Part shown: positions 1-9,067 of the stretch, one piece after another | Numbering within the stretch: position 1 is the first letter of the stretch | How the letters are laid out: every line of letters begins with the position of its first letter | NCBI GenBank assembly: GCA_035528115.1 | Contig: DATKZF010000002.1 | Span: 69,751-133,750, forward strand | Reading direction: 5' to 3' | Source of the DNA: Candidatus Bipolaricaulota bacterium | GTDB taxonomy: Bacteria > Patescibacteriota > Patescibacteriia > UBA11705 > DATKZF01 | DNA length: 64,000 nt | Notes under the pieces: generated by a model | Seen by the model: the letters and a program-made list of their open reading frames with translations, nothing else | Told to the model about the DNA's origin: nothing | The model's database searches: none | Position numbers and translations under genes: made by a program

Positions 1-251
1 CGTCGCGCAGGACGCCATCAGAAACGTGACGCACGTGAACATTGACGCCATTCTCGCGAACCTCTTCATTTCGAATTCTCCCCCGCCGCTCGTTGCGACG
101 CGTGGAATGTTTCCGATTCTCATTCTCAGAATCTGGGAATCTCCCAAACTGTACTCGCTTCAGAGCGAAACGCTTACGGTTTGAGAGCCGAAAGGATTTA
201 CCTCTCGGCCGCTCCTCCTTGTTGATGTGATGTGATGCAGCTTCGCGGAAG

Positions 252-986
252 CTACTGGGACTTGCCCTTGTGCAGGTACAAGTTCCAATCGACCTTGCGC
301 TCGGCCGCGGCGGTCTCGGGAGCGTCTCCGCCCCCCATGACCGTCACGTTCGCGTCCTCGGCCTCGACGTTCACGGTCTTGTAGACCACGATCGTCTGCC
401 TACCGGCGGAAGGAATGTACTCCGGCCGCGGCAAGGGCATGGGCCGCGCGATGAGCTGCGTCTTCTGACGGGGACGCCGCGCGACCTGCGTGACCTTCAC
501 GCAGTCACTCTGACAGCCATCCGCCGTCGGCCGACACCGGAGCCGGTACCCTGGAAGGCACTGGCTCGGCGGGGCCGCGGTGAGCTGCACGGGTCGCTCG
601 CCGCAACCGTCGCCGAAGCATTTCTGCTCCAGCGCGTCGAGCCGCCGTCCGTGCTCCTCGATCTCCGGCTGGACGACGCCGATAGCGTCTGCCAGACGCC
701 CCACCTGGCTGGGCAGAACTTCCAACGAATGGTTGAAGTCCTGCCGCAAGGAATCGACATCGGCCATGTTCTGGGCAGCCAGCGCCGCCGTGTCTCCGAC
801 CACAGGAATCAATCCCGCAATCGAAGCGGCATTCTGGCCGCCCAGCGACCTTGCCTCCTCCGCCTTGACCCAGGCGGCGCCGCCGGTCTCGCCAACGGCA
901 GACACCCTCTGGCTGTTGTAGAACAAGTAGACCAGGACGGCGACCGAAGCCGCCGCCACCACAGCCGCCAGAATCTTTCGTCCCAT
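252..986 (-). CDS. Hypothetical membrane-anchored protein encoded in a GC-rich island. It has one N-terminal TM helix and a Cys-containing extracytoplasmic region
   Basis: ORF of 244 aa with N-terminal hydrophobic helix (ILAAVVAAASVAVLVYLF). Visibly GC-rich versus the flanks. AAGGAGG lies 7 nt upstream of the ATG (reverse complement of 987-1010). No recognisable family. Confidence 0.45.
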   Translation of the reverse strand: MGRKILAAVVAAASVAVLVYLFYNSQRVSAVGETGGAAWVKAEEARSLGGQNAASIAGLIPVVGDTAALAAQNMADVDSLRQDFNHSLEVLPSQVGRLADAIGVVQPEIEEHGRRLDALEQKCFGDGCGERPVQLTAAPPSQCLPGYRLRCRPTADGCQSDCVKVTQVARRPRQKTQLIARPMPLPRPEYIPSAGRQTIVVYKTVNVEAEDANVTVMGGGDAPETAAAERKVDWNLYLHKGKSQ

Positions 987-1228
987 GATGAATTCCTCCT
1001 TTCATGGGTTCGTAGGTTTCGTCCGTAAACTCGCCACACATCGCTTTATTCTTACCTCTAAAAATAAAACGATTTAAGGCGAGAAACCCCTTGTTTTAGC
1101 CACGATTCTGGCTATTTTATTTAACCGTTCAGTATAGCATGCTTTTAATTTTTTGTCAATACTTTAAACTCCCTTTTAAAAAACTCCAGGCGCGTTCATG
1201 GAACGCGCCTTTTAAGGTGAAAAAACTA

Positions 1229-2128
1229 CTAGATGATCATCGCCAGGAGAGCCCCGAGACCCATGGCGATGATGGAAAAGGCGATGACCTTCACCAGCAG
1301 GTCGCTGTCGCCGGAGCGATCATCGCCCTCCCCGGCCTGTCCGGCGGAGCCTTTCGGACCTTGCGGACCGACGGGACCCTGCGGACCTTCCGGACCGGCG
1401 AGTCCCTGCGGACCTTCCGGACCGACGGGTCCCTGCGGGCCTTCCGGACCGACGGGTCCCTGCGGGCCTCGGGGTCCTTCCAGACCCTGCGGGCCGGGCA
1501 CGGGTTCCGGCCTCCCCGAATCGTCTTCGACGATCGGCGGAGGCGCTTCGGGTTCTTCCGGCGGCTCCACCACACGGGTGGTGAGAGCCGCCGGATCCAC
1601 GACCGCGATGAGGCGGTGGCACCCGGGACAGATGAGCTCCTGCCCGGGCAAGGCCTGCTCCCGCGCGACCTCGATCTGCCGGTCGCAGGCCGCGCAGACG
1701 AGAGGAACGAACTCTTCGCCCTCCTCGTCGTCGCCGTCGCCACCATCCTCGTCATCGGTGGCGTCGTCGCCGTCGCCGTCGTCGTCGTCGGCTGCGTCGC
1801 CGTCGTCGTCGTTGTCCGGAGGCGGAGCATCCGCCCCCACCGGCATGTCCAAGCCGCAAACGTTGCACTGCGACGCGCCCGCGGGCACGGCCGCGCCGCA
1901 CTCGCACTTACGGCCGGAGGGCTCGGGTACGGACACGATCTCTCCTTTCTCGTTGATGCGAAATACCTGCCCGCACGTCTCGCAAATCCCCTCCGCGCCG
2001 GCGACAGCCGACTCGTCAGGGATCTCGCCCACCGCCCCGCAATCGGGGTTAGGACATTTGATCTCCATCTCTGTTTCCTTTCCCCAAATCCCATGGATTC
2101 GGGTTTTTTTATCATCCAAGTCCAACAC
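1229..2128 (-). CDS. Zinc-ribbon / collagen-like (G-P-X-G-P) repeat protein with acidic D/E tract and C-terminal TM anchor. Likely true start at 2068 (MEIKCPNP)
   Basis: Translation shows three CxxC...CxxC ribbons (CPNPDCG...CETCG; CECG...CNVCG; CAACD...CPGC). It also shows a long D/E/G-rich acidic stretch and about 12 tandem GP(E/Q)GP(Q/V) triplet repeats typical of collagen-like Gly-X-Y. The C-terminus is hydrophobic ([23 protein letters not shown]). Alternative-frame ORFs 1233..2156(+) and 1291..2151(-) are low-complexity artefacts of GC richness. An RBS-like GGAAAGGAAAC lies before the internal ATG at 2068. Confidence 0.6.
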   Translation of the reverse strand: MLDLDDKKTRIHGIWGKETEMEIKCPNPDCGAVGEIPDESAVAGAEGICETCGQVFRINEKGEIVSVPEPSGRKCECGAAVPAGASQCNVCGLDMPVGADAPPPDNDDDGDAADDDDGDGDDATDDEDGGDGDDEEGEEFVPLVCAACDRQIEVAREQALPGQELICPGCHRLIAVVDPAALTTRVVEPPEEPEAPPPIVEDDSGRPEPVPGPQGLEGPRGPQGPVGPEGPQGPVGPEGPQGLAGPEGPQGPVGPQGPKGSAGQAGEGDDRSGDSDLLVKVIAFSIIAMGLGALLAMII

Positions 2129-2229
2129 GGAAAATCATAATATATTATCACATTAAGTAAATTCTGTCAATAGATAAAAGAACTCATTTCAATTAAAAAA
2201 AGCTATTTCCCTTGGGAAAATAGCCTTTG

Positions 2230-3663
2230 CTAGTAGTTCAACGCATTAACCTGATTGACGAGCGCTTCGAGCTGAGCCGAAATCCCATCAATCTTTTGCT
2301 CAGTCGACGGCGTCTGCCGCTCCACCTTCGCGGCCACCACAGCCTCCTTTGGGGGGGCAATGATTTTGTCCGCGGGGAGCGGCGAGAATTCGCACTGAAG
2401 CGCGGCCGAGGAGACCGATTCCAGCCGTTTTTGCGTCTCCTCGATTTGCCGAGAAAGCGCGGCGATCCGAGCCTCGAGACGAGCAAATTCTTCTCGCGAC
2501 CCATTTGAATCACCGGCCTTTTCGAGCGCCTTTTGCGCCCGCTTCAGCTGTTTGCCTTGCTCTTGCAGGGTCTCGCCTTGGGCTTTCATTTCTTTCGAAA
2601 TTCGAGCCAGTTTCTTGCTCATATCGCCTGCCGCGTATTGCCGAGCCTCCACAGCGGTGAGGCGTCTGCCGAGATTCCTGCCGAGCTTACGAAACGGTTC
2701 AGCCCATTTCTTCCCGGCCGCGGCAAGAACGGCCAGAGCCTTTTGCGTCGCGTTCTGGATTTCAAGCCGAGCCGCGGCCGCTTCCTTCAACGCCTGGTCG
2801 ACGGCCTGCTCCTTCTTGGCATACTTCTCCGAGAAAGAGCTCATGCCTTCAACCACGCGCATAACCTGCGGCAAGCTTTTTTCCAGCGCGCTCTGCGTGG
2901 CCTGACTTTTCTTGACGCTGATTTCAGCCTGCTTGCCGATGTCTCTGACCTCGATCAAAGACTTGTCGAGGTCTTGTCGCTTGATCGCGCTCGCGTCAAG
3001 CGCGGTAATCCTCCAACCCAGCTCAGAATAGTGCCTTTCCTGCAGGTAGAAAGCCACAATACCCGGGCTGCCAAGCACGACGGCGATGAGGATCGCCAGG
3101 GCTGGTCGCCAGTCATAGCTGACGCCACCATCAACGATCTTGTCCGGGTGGGATTCCACTCCGCCGGGCACAATATTATGCCAGTCATTCTCTGCCGGCA
3201 AAGCCCCCGACGGCGCGGCCGGCTGATCTTCAGCCGACTCTCCAGGAGGCTCAACAGTCTCTTCGTGTTGGAGAGCCGCCGCCGCAGGTGCCTCGGCATG
3301 AACCTCCACTACGAAATCCGCCGGCTGAGCATCCTGATGGATCAAGCCGTATTCAGCTATCGCAGCAGCCAGATCATCCGTGACGGACTCCTCATCATCG
3401 GTCTCAGACGCCGCGGCCGCGTCAGCGGACACCGGAACCAAGTCCCGATCCGTCGGATCCGGCGCTTGAGCAGGGCGACGCTGAACCGGTGTCGAAGTCG
3501 GCATCTGATCAAATGCCTCGAACGTCCCCTCTCCGTCAACCAAGCGTAGCATTATGCCGCAGTTGGGGCATGGTTCTTCATGCCCCTGATTCAGGTTTTC
3601 CACTTCAGCGGGTTTGACTTGCAAAGTCGCCTCGCAAATGGGGCACTTCCATGGCGTTTGCAT
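2230..3663 (-). CDS. N-terminal Zn-ribbon, central TM helix, C-terminal long coiled-coil protein (GC-rich island)
   Basis: The N-terminus has CPICE...CPNCG. A TM segment follows (ALAILIAVVLGSPGIVAFYL). About 280 aa of heptad-like K/E/A/Q-rich sequence complete the protein. GGAGG lies 5 nt upstream of the ATG. Composition is GC-rich like its two neighbours. Confidence 0.55.
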   Translation of the reverse strand: MQTPWKCPICEATLQVKPAEVENLNQGHEEPCPNCGIMLRLVDGEGTFEAFDQMPTSTPVQRRPAQAPDPTDRDLVPVSADAAAASETDDEESVTDDLAAAIAEYGLIHQDAQPADFVVEVHAEAPAAAALQHEETVEPPGESAEDQPAAPSGALPAENDWHNIVPGGVESHPDKIVDGGVSYDWRPALAILIAVVLGSPGIVAFYLQERHYSELGWRITALDASAIKRQDLDKSLIEVRDIGKQAEISVKKSQATQSALEKSLPQVMRVVEGMSSFSEKYAKKEQAVDQALKEAAAARLEIQNATQKALAVLAAAGKKWAEPFRKLGRNLGRRLTAVEARQYAAGDMSKKLARISKEMKAQGETLQEQGKQLKRAQKALEKAGDSNGSREEFARLEARIAALSRQIEETQKRLESVSSAALQCEFSPLPADKIIAPPKEAVVAAKVERQTPSTEQKIDGISAQLEALVNQVNALNY

Positions 3664-3807
3664 GATACCTCCAGAAAACGGTTGCGGGTTTGCTGATTTT
3701 CCGACATCTTAACTTAATACAAAAGCTAAATTTAATCAAGCACAACAATAAAAACACCGAGAGTCATCCAACTCTCGGGTTTTTAAATATATAATTTTTT
3801 TTAATGT

Positions 3808-4590
3808 TTATTGCGCGTTTTCTTGATGAGTTTTGGGCATAATATCGATTTCTTCTTCCGGATAATATGAATAAGTTTCGATTTCCGCTCGTTTTTTGGC
3901 GGCGGATTCCAAAGCCTCTTCCTCCTCAACATTTTCGATTATTTTAATCGGCCGTCTCTTTTTTTTGCCGCGACCGGTCGCGTTCGGCGAAAGAGCCACA
4001 TAAGAGATGCCGATAATGGCGCCGATCAATATTCCCAAAAACGCGTTCAACACGAAATTGGGCTTGACCGGATATCTCGAAACCAAAACATTATCAACGA
4101 TTTTAATACTGACATTGGAGGAGCCGATATACTCTTGGCCTTGCTTGGCCAAAACATCGGCCACGGCATTGGCCAATTCTCCCGCTTTGTATTGACTGCC
4201 GTCATAAACGATAATTTGCAAAATGCCCGTGCCTCTTTTTACCTGAGTTTCCACGGTTCTGGCCCATTCTTGTCGTCTTTTGTATTCCAAAGGATCAAAA
4301 GAACTTCTCGAGACATCATAGCCCGAATTCATGACTTTATCGAAAAAAGTCGAAGTATAAACCAATTGAGACAAACTGTCGGCCACTCTTTCCGCGGAAC
4401 GCGAAGCGCTGTAAATATCGTAATTCACGTCCCCCGTTTGAATAATCAAAAGACTGATTGAAGCCGAATATTTAAGAGGTTGAAATAAACTGAAAATCAA
4501 CGTTAACAACAACACAAAAGAAGTTATGAGAATGATTACCCCTTTTCTTTTTGAGACTTGAGATAAAATTAAAATTTCATTTGATTGCAT
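3808..4590 (-). CDS. Polysaccharide chain-length determinant (Wzz/YveK-like) protein
   Basis: Two TM helices (near the N- and C-terminus) flank a roughly 150-aa loop, with a charged C-tail. This topology and size are typical of the Wzz/CapA family. Assigned by architecture and weak motif similarity only. Confidence 0.45.
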   Translation of the reverse strand: MQSNEILILSQVSKRKGVIILITSFVLLLTLIFSLFQPLKYSASISLLIIQTGDVNYDIYSASRSAERVADSLSQLVYTSTFFDKVMNSGYDVSRSSFDPLEYKRRQEWARTVETQVKRGTGILQIIVYDGSQYKAGELANAVADVLAKQGQEYIGSSNVSIKIVDNVLVSRYPVKPNFVLNAFLGILIGAIIGISYVALSPNATGRGKKKRRPIKIIENVEEEEALESAAKKRAEIETYSYYPEEEIDIMPKTHQENAQ

Positions 4591-4640
4591 ACCTCCTGAT
4601 TATAACACAATATCGCATTCTTGGCAAGGTCGATTTATTT

Positions 4641-5771
4641 TTACTCTAAAATGACGGTTTTTTCAATATTCTCAACTCCTCGCAAAATTTTCATCACAAT
4701 CTCCTGCCCGGGCTTGTATGATTGAACCAATTTCGTCAAAGTATCGCTCGAAGTGATGGTTTCACCCTCGATTGAAATTATTATATCTCCCGGCAATAAA
4801 CCCGCTTTCTGAGCCGGACTTTGCGCCATAACGGCCGGCCACAAATCGGAAGCGAAAATTAAGGCGCCGTTTTTCACATCAGCATATTTGTCCCAGCCGA
4901 TTGATTCGCTCAAATCAATGAAATGAACGCCCAAAACCGGCCGAACTATTTTTTTCTCCGAAACGGCTTGCTTGATCACCATTTGAATATTATCGATGGC
5001 CAGAGCCGTGTTTTCGGAAGTGACAATGCCAAAAACCTGGCCGTCCAAATTAACCAAAGGCGCGCCAAGCCATTTCTTATCGAGCGTCTCAATCAATTTT
5101 ATTTCTTGATAATGAATTTCCGAAGAATGTATTAAGTCGCCCTTTTTCTCGGCGGAAGAAAAATATAAACGTTCTATGTTCGTCGGCAAAATATTATTTC
5201 CGGAAATAACCAAAGCCGTCTGGCCGCTGGATAAATATTCCCGACTTATCAAATTGACCACGGGCAAATCCTTGGCGTCAATTTTTATAAAACACGCCGT
5301 CGTGCCGGAATCGCAAACGGTCTCTTCGATCGAATAAACTTTTTTATCGAAAGAAACCGCCACTTCCTCGCCGCTTCCGCCCAAAACGCTTTTGTCCGTC
5401 AATATCCAACCGTCCGCGGTCATGATCGCGCCGACGCCCCGCGCGTCGTTTTCCAATAAAATATCATCGTACGAATTTGATTTTCTGCGAAACGCGTAAA
5501 AATCAACAATGGCCGGCCTGACGCTTTCAATGGTCGAATACACGGACAAATCTTTTTCGGACAAAATATCTTTTAATTTTTTATCCTGCTTGGCGGTCAA
5601 CTCGTCCAAACGCTGACTCAAAGTTTGAATTTTTTGTTCATCTGGAACTCCACCGGAAAGGAAAGAGTCCAGCCATAATTCCCCCAAGACTCCGGAAATG
5701 AAACCGAAAATCACGGACACGATTATCACGGACAAAATTTGCGCGTAAAACTTGGAAAAGAATTTTTTCAT
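4641..5771 (-). CDS. Membrane-anchored HtrA/DegP-like trypsin-fold protein with C-terminal PDZ domain. The catalytic Ser and His appear to be substituted
   Basis: N-terminal TM helix. The segment GAPLVNLDGQVFGIV aligns with the HtrA GNSGGPLVN..G.V.GI motif, but the Ser is missing. ILTDKSV sits where the His-containing IVTNNHV is expected. The C-terminal PDZ carries a GLLPGDIIISIEG motif. Confidence 0.55.
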   Translation of the reverse strand: MKKFFSKFYAQILSVIIVSVIFGFISGVLGELWLDSFLSGGVPDEQKIQTLSQRLDELTAKQDKKLKDILSEKDLSVYSTIESVRPAIVDFYAFRRKSNSYDDILLENDARGVGAIMTADGWILTDKSVLGGSGEEVAVSFDKKVYSIEETVCDSGTTACFIKIDAKDLPVVNLISREYLSSGQTALVISGNNILPTNIERLYFSSAEKKGDLIHSSEIHYQEIKLIETLDKKWLGAPLVNLDGQVFGIVTSENTALAIDNIQMVIKQAVSEKKIVRPVLGVHFIDLSESIGWDKYADVKNGALIFASDLWPAVMAQSPAQKAGLLPGDIIISIEGETITSSDTLTKLVQSYKPGQEIVMKILRGVENIEKTVILE

Positions 5772-5777
5772 ATTTAA

Positions 5778-6539
5778 TTATATCCACTGAGCAGTCAACA
5801 AAATCACTGCAAAGCAAACTGCGCTGATTATTACAAAATTAATGATTCTTTTTTTATCCAAACTGCCGAGCAGAAAAAATCTCGCCAAACCGGTCATCAA
5901 ATAAAAAGCGATGGTCATCACCAAACCGTTGACGAAATAGCTGGTCGGCAAATAATACAAGGCGCCGAAAAGCTCCACCAAAATAAACGAAATCGAAAAA
6001 ACAAAAATCCTGCCATCGGAAAACTTTATTTTGTTAACCCAGAAAAGTTGATACGTCAACAGACAAGAAACCAACAAGACCGTCAGCGCCAAGAACAACG
6101 AATTGATTTTCAAAAAAACCACCATGGCGTAGACGAACGAACAAAACAGAAAAACCGTCAAAATATTCAAGTACCAAGAAAAATTTTCCAATGAATACGG
6201 CTGGTATCTGGCCGGATAAAATTTAAAATCCAATATTCTGCCCAAATACAGGAACAAAACAATCCCTGAAAAAACAGCAAAAAGATGCAGAGTCCAACCT
6301 TTATTTAAAAATAACGAAAAACTGATTGATGAAATCACGTAAATCAACGGACTGATTACCAGCCCCCAAAACCCGGGACGCAACTTCCAGCGATTGAACA
6401 TCAATAAGGCGAAGAAAACGAGAACCGCGCTGAGCGAGCCGAAAATCCAGAGCAGATTTTCATTCAACATGATAATCTCAATGGTCAAGACAAGCATTAT
6501 GGACGTCAAAAATTGCGCTAACTTGTTGATTAAAAACAT
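5778..6539 (-). CDS. Polytopic integral membrane protein, function unknown
   Basis: 253 aa with about 8 predicted hydrophobic helices and no recognisable motif. The stop lies 4 nt before the next gene (operon-like with 6543..7631). Confidence 0.4.
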   Translation of the reverse strand: MFLINKLAQFLTSIMLVLTIEIIMLNENLLWIFGSLSAVLVFFALLMFNRWKLRPGFWGLVISPLIYVISSISFSLFLNKGWTLHLFAVFSGIVLFLYLGRILDFKFYPARYQPYSLENFSWYLNILTVFLFCSFVYAMVVFLKINSLFLALTVLLVSCLLTYQLFWVNKIKFSDGRIFVFSISFILVELFGALYYLPTSYFVNGLVMTIAFYLMTGLARFFLLGSLDKKRIINFVIISAVCFAVILLTAQWI

Positions 6540-6542
6540 AAA

Positions 6543-7631
6543 TTATTCAGTCGCCCTTTGCTTCATCCTATCCAAGGCGTCTCTTTCTTCAAATAATTCC
6601 TTAATCAAAATACTGATGGCCGTGGCCACGGGGATGGCGAGCACAGCGCCGATCACCCCTCCCACTTTCGCGCCGATAAGCAAAGCGATCACGCTGATGA
6701 TCGGATTTAAGCCCACCGCCTTTTGCATTATTTTGGGCACCAGCAAATGATTTTCCAGCTGTTGAATAATTACGAACAAAATCAGTACGAGCAAAGCCTT
6801 GAGCGGCGATTGAGCGAACGCCAGAAAAATGGCGGGAATCGAGCTGATGATCGGCCCGATGTAGGGAATAAATTCTCCGATGGCCGCTATCAAAGCCAAA
6901 ATCAATGCGTACTTCACGCCCAAAATCAACAACCCTATGTATGAAAAAATTCCGATTATCAAACTCAAAATCAACTGGCCTTTAAGCCAAGCGCCAATTT
7001 TCTTCTGGATCTTATTGATTAGCATCACGACAAAATCTTGGTATCGAGATGGCAAAACGGCTCGCAAAGTTCGTTTGATGGCGTCTTCTTCCACGGTCAT
7101 GTAAAACGTGATCACCAAAATCACCAAGAACGAAAACAGCCCGCCAAAGATGCTGGCCACCGTTGAAAAAATACTGCCGGCCGCTTTGGTCAGGGAAGAA
7201 CTGATTGATGACGCGTTGTCAGCGGATTGCTCAAATCCGAATTTGTCGGAATATTCTTTGACAAAAGAAAAAGCTTGCGTGACTTTTTCATAATATCGAG
7301 GAAAATTGTCCGCCAACTCGCTTACCTGATGGGCGATCGGCGGAATGATCAAAACAACGGCGGATCCGACGATGGCGATGGCCACCAAATAAACCAACAA
7401 AACGCTGACGCCTCGAGGAATTTTTTTGTTTTCCAAATAATCAACCCAAGAATCTATCGCCGAGGCGAAAATCAAAGCCACGAAAATCAGAGCCAGCACG
7501 TCTTTGATCAAATACAGAAAATACAAACTCAAAACAACCAAAAAAAACTTAACAATCGAAACAAAGGAGATATTTATCGTCCTGTGATTTTTCATATTTT
7601 TGATAAATGAAATGATGTTATCATTATACAA
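6543..7631 (-). CDS. AI-2E family transporter (PerM/YdiK/UPF0118-like permease)
   Basis: 362 aa, multi-TM with large loops. The architecture and motifs (LILALIAAIGEFIPYIGP, GLNPIISVIALLIGAKVGGVIGAVLAIP) are typical of the AI-2E / UPF0118 family. Confidence 0.6.
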   Translation of the reverse strand: MYNDNIISFIKNMKNHRTINISFVSIVKFFLVVLSLYFLYLIKDVLALIFVALIFASAIDSWVDYLENKKIPRGVSVLLVYLVAIAIVGSAVVLIIPPIAHQVSELADNFPRYYEKVTQAFSFVKEYSDKFGFEQSADNASSISSSLTKAAGSIFSTVASIFGGLFSFLVILVITFYMTVEEDAIKRTLRAVLPSRYQDFVVMLINKIQKKIGAWLKGQLILSLIIGIFSYIGLLILGVKYALILALIAAIGEFIPYIGPIISSIPAIFLAFAQSPLKALLVLILFVIIQQLENHLLVPKIMQKAVGLNPIISVIALLIGAKVGGVIGAVLAIPVATAISILIKELFEERDALDRMKQRATE

Positions 7632-8168
7632 TAATTTTTAAAAAACAGCTAATAACGCCGCGGCGGCAACCGAGCTTGACAAATTTCGTCTTTTTTGCTA
7701 CTATAATCAACTCTGCGATAAATTCGCGGAATTGTTCATTAATATCGCTCCGCTAGGACGCACATTTGGGCGTTATTTCAAATAAAATCCAAACGTGTGC
7801 CCTAGAGGGGCAAAAGGCCCCCCTCGTGGGGGACGAATGCTATTAATTACTAACATCAACCCACAAGGTTGACGTTGGATTTAGCCTTCCCTCATGAGCG
7901 CACTATAAAAAGGACAACAAGACAAACAGGAAAAAAATAAGAAAAGAGAAAGAGAAGAAAGCAGTACAAAAGAAGAAAGAAACCCCAGACGGTCCAACCC
8001 GATGTTGAAAAAACCCATGCAACCCCACCCACCCATGCTTACCCCAAACCTTTTCAACATTACTCCCGTCCCGCCCCAACCCACCTTGTACCCGCTTCTC
8101 TCAACCTTTCTCACTCCTGACAATGCACCTATTGTCCTTTTTTCTTTTTAAACGTATTATTTATAATA

Positions 8169-8627
8169 TTGAATATGAAACCCGTCTATAATAAACAAGC
8201 GCATTTCGATTATGAAATCCTGGAGAAATTCGAGGCGGGTTTGAAATTGACGGGCGCGGAAGTAAAAGCGGTCAAAGCCGGGGGCATTAACTTAAAAGGT
8301 TCCTATGTCACGCTCAAACAACAACCCAAAACCGAGGTTTTTTTAATCAACGCTCACATTTCAAAATATAAACCGGCCGGCGAGCAACCGGAATACGACC
8401 CGACAGGGTCTCGCAAACTGCTTTTGCGCAAAGAAGAAATCAATAAATTAACGGGTATTTTACGGCAAAAAGGCTTGACATTCGTCCCTCTTCGGGTGTA
8501 TACTAAGCACAACCTCGTTAAATTGGAATTCGGCGTCGGCCGAGGCAAGAAACGATTCGAGAAAAAAGACAGCATCAAAAAAAGAGAGAATGATCGAAAA
8601 ATTGAACGAGCGATGAAGCAATATTAA
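8169..8627 (+). CDS. smpB: SsrA-binding protein SmpB
   Basis: 152 aa. NKQAHFDYEILEKFEAGLKLTGAEVKA...GSRKLLLRKEEINKL matches the conserved SmpB core. tmRNA lies immediately downstream. Confidence 0.9.
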   Translation: MNMKPVYNKQAHFDYEILEKFEAGLKLTGAEVKAVKAGGINLKGSYVTLKQQPKTEVFLINAHISKYKPAGEQPEYDPTGSRKLLLRKEEINKLTGILRQKGLTFVPLRVYTKHNLVKLEFGVGRGKKRFEKKDSIKKRENDRKIERAMKQY

Positions 8628-8663
8628 TGATACGTGTTACGTGATGCATGATACGTGGATAAC

Positions 8664-9046
8664 GGGGATGATCGGCTTCGACGGGAGTCCTGAAATCAAA
8701 AGCGCGAAATGAGCTGTCAGCCGCTCATTAAACTGCTGGCAAATCCAATAAGTGCAACAAATGTACTGGCGAAAGTCAAAAGCTTATTTCAAGCTCCGGC
8801 TTTTGCTCCCGTTCTTGCCTAAAAGTGAGAACCGTCCGCTTGCCGATACTCGATGAGCAAACCGGACGTCAATATCGAGTTAGGCCGTCGCCATGCCAAA
8901 AGCGCCGACTGAAATAAAACGGCTCGGCCCGCTCGGAGTTTCGTTTATCTTTAATCCGGCGGTCTTAAATGATAAGATAAACTATTTTCGTAGATGCTTT
9001 TTATTTCAACTTCCAGACGCGGGTTCGATTCCCGCCATCTCCACCA
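8664..9046 (+). ncRNA. ssrA: tmRNA (SsrA)
   Basis: The 5' end GGGGATGATCGGCTTCGACGGG matches the canonical tmRNA 5' acceptor/D-arm consensus (GGGG..G.TTCGACGGG). The 3' end ACGCGGGTTCGATTCCCGCCATCTCCACCA is a tRNA-like T-arm plus acceptor with encoded CCA. The 5' GGGGATG pairs with 3' CATCTCC. It sits directly after smpB. The tag-peptide reading frame was not confidently identified. Confidence 0.85.
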
Positions 9047-9067
9047 TTCGACTCGCTCCGCTCGCTC

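Noticed and set aside
42-230. 62-aa plus ORF at the extreme 5' end
   Set aside because: Arg/Ser-rich, no start context. More likely the 3' UTR or tail of an upstream gene outside the window.
270-1041. Alternative-frame ORFs 270..1028 (+), 505..1041 (-), 580..921 (+), 809..1039 (-) over the first GC-rich gene
   Set aside because: Arg/Pro/Gly-rich nonsense typical of off-frame GC-rich sequence. Only 252..986 (-) has a TM helix plus an AAGGAGG RBS.
1233-2156. 307-aa plus-strand ORF (and the 286-aa minus ORF 1291..2151) overlapping the collagen-like gene
   Set aside because: Ser/Pro/Gly- or Arg-rich low-complexity translations with no motifs and no RBS. GC-rich DNA gives long open frames in all phases. 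The minus frame starting at 2128 has Zn ribbons, a G-X-Y repeat, a TM anchor and an RBS.
2533-3549. 338-aa plus-strand ORF antisense to the coiled-coil gene
   Set aside because: Leu/Arg-rich antisense translation of a coiled-coil gene (a known artefact). No RBS.
7881-8123. 80-aa minus-strand ORF in the polypurine/polypyrimidine tract
   Set aside because: The translation is low-complexity (Gly/Trp/Leu/Ser runs) and driven by the strand skew. There is no start context. Treated as non-coding.
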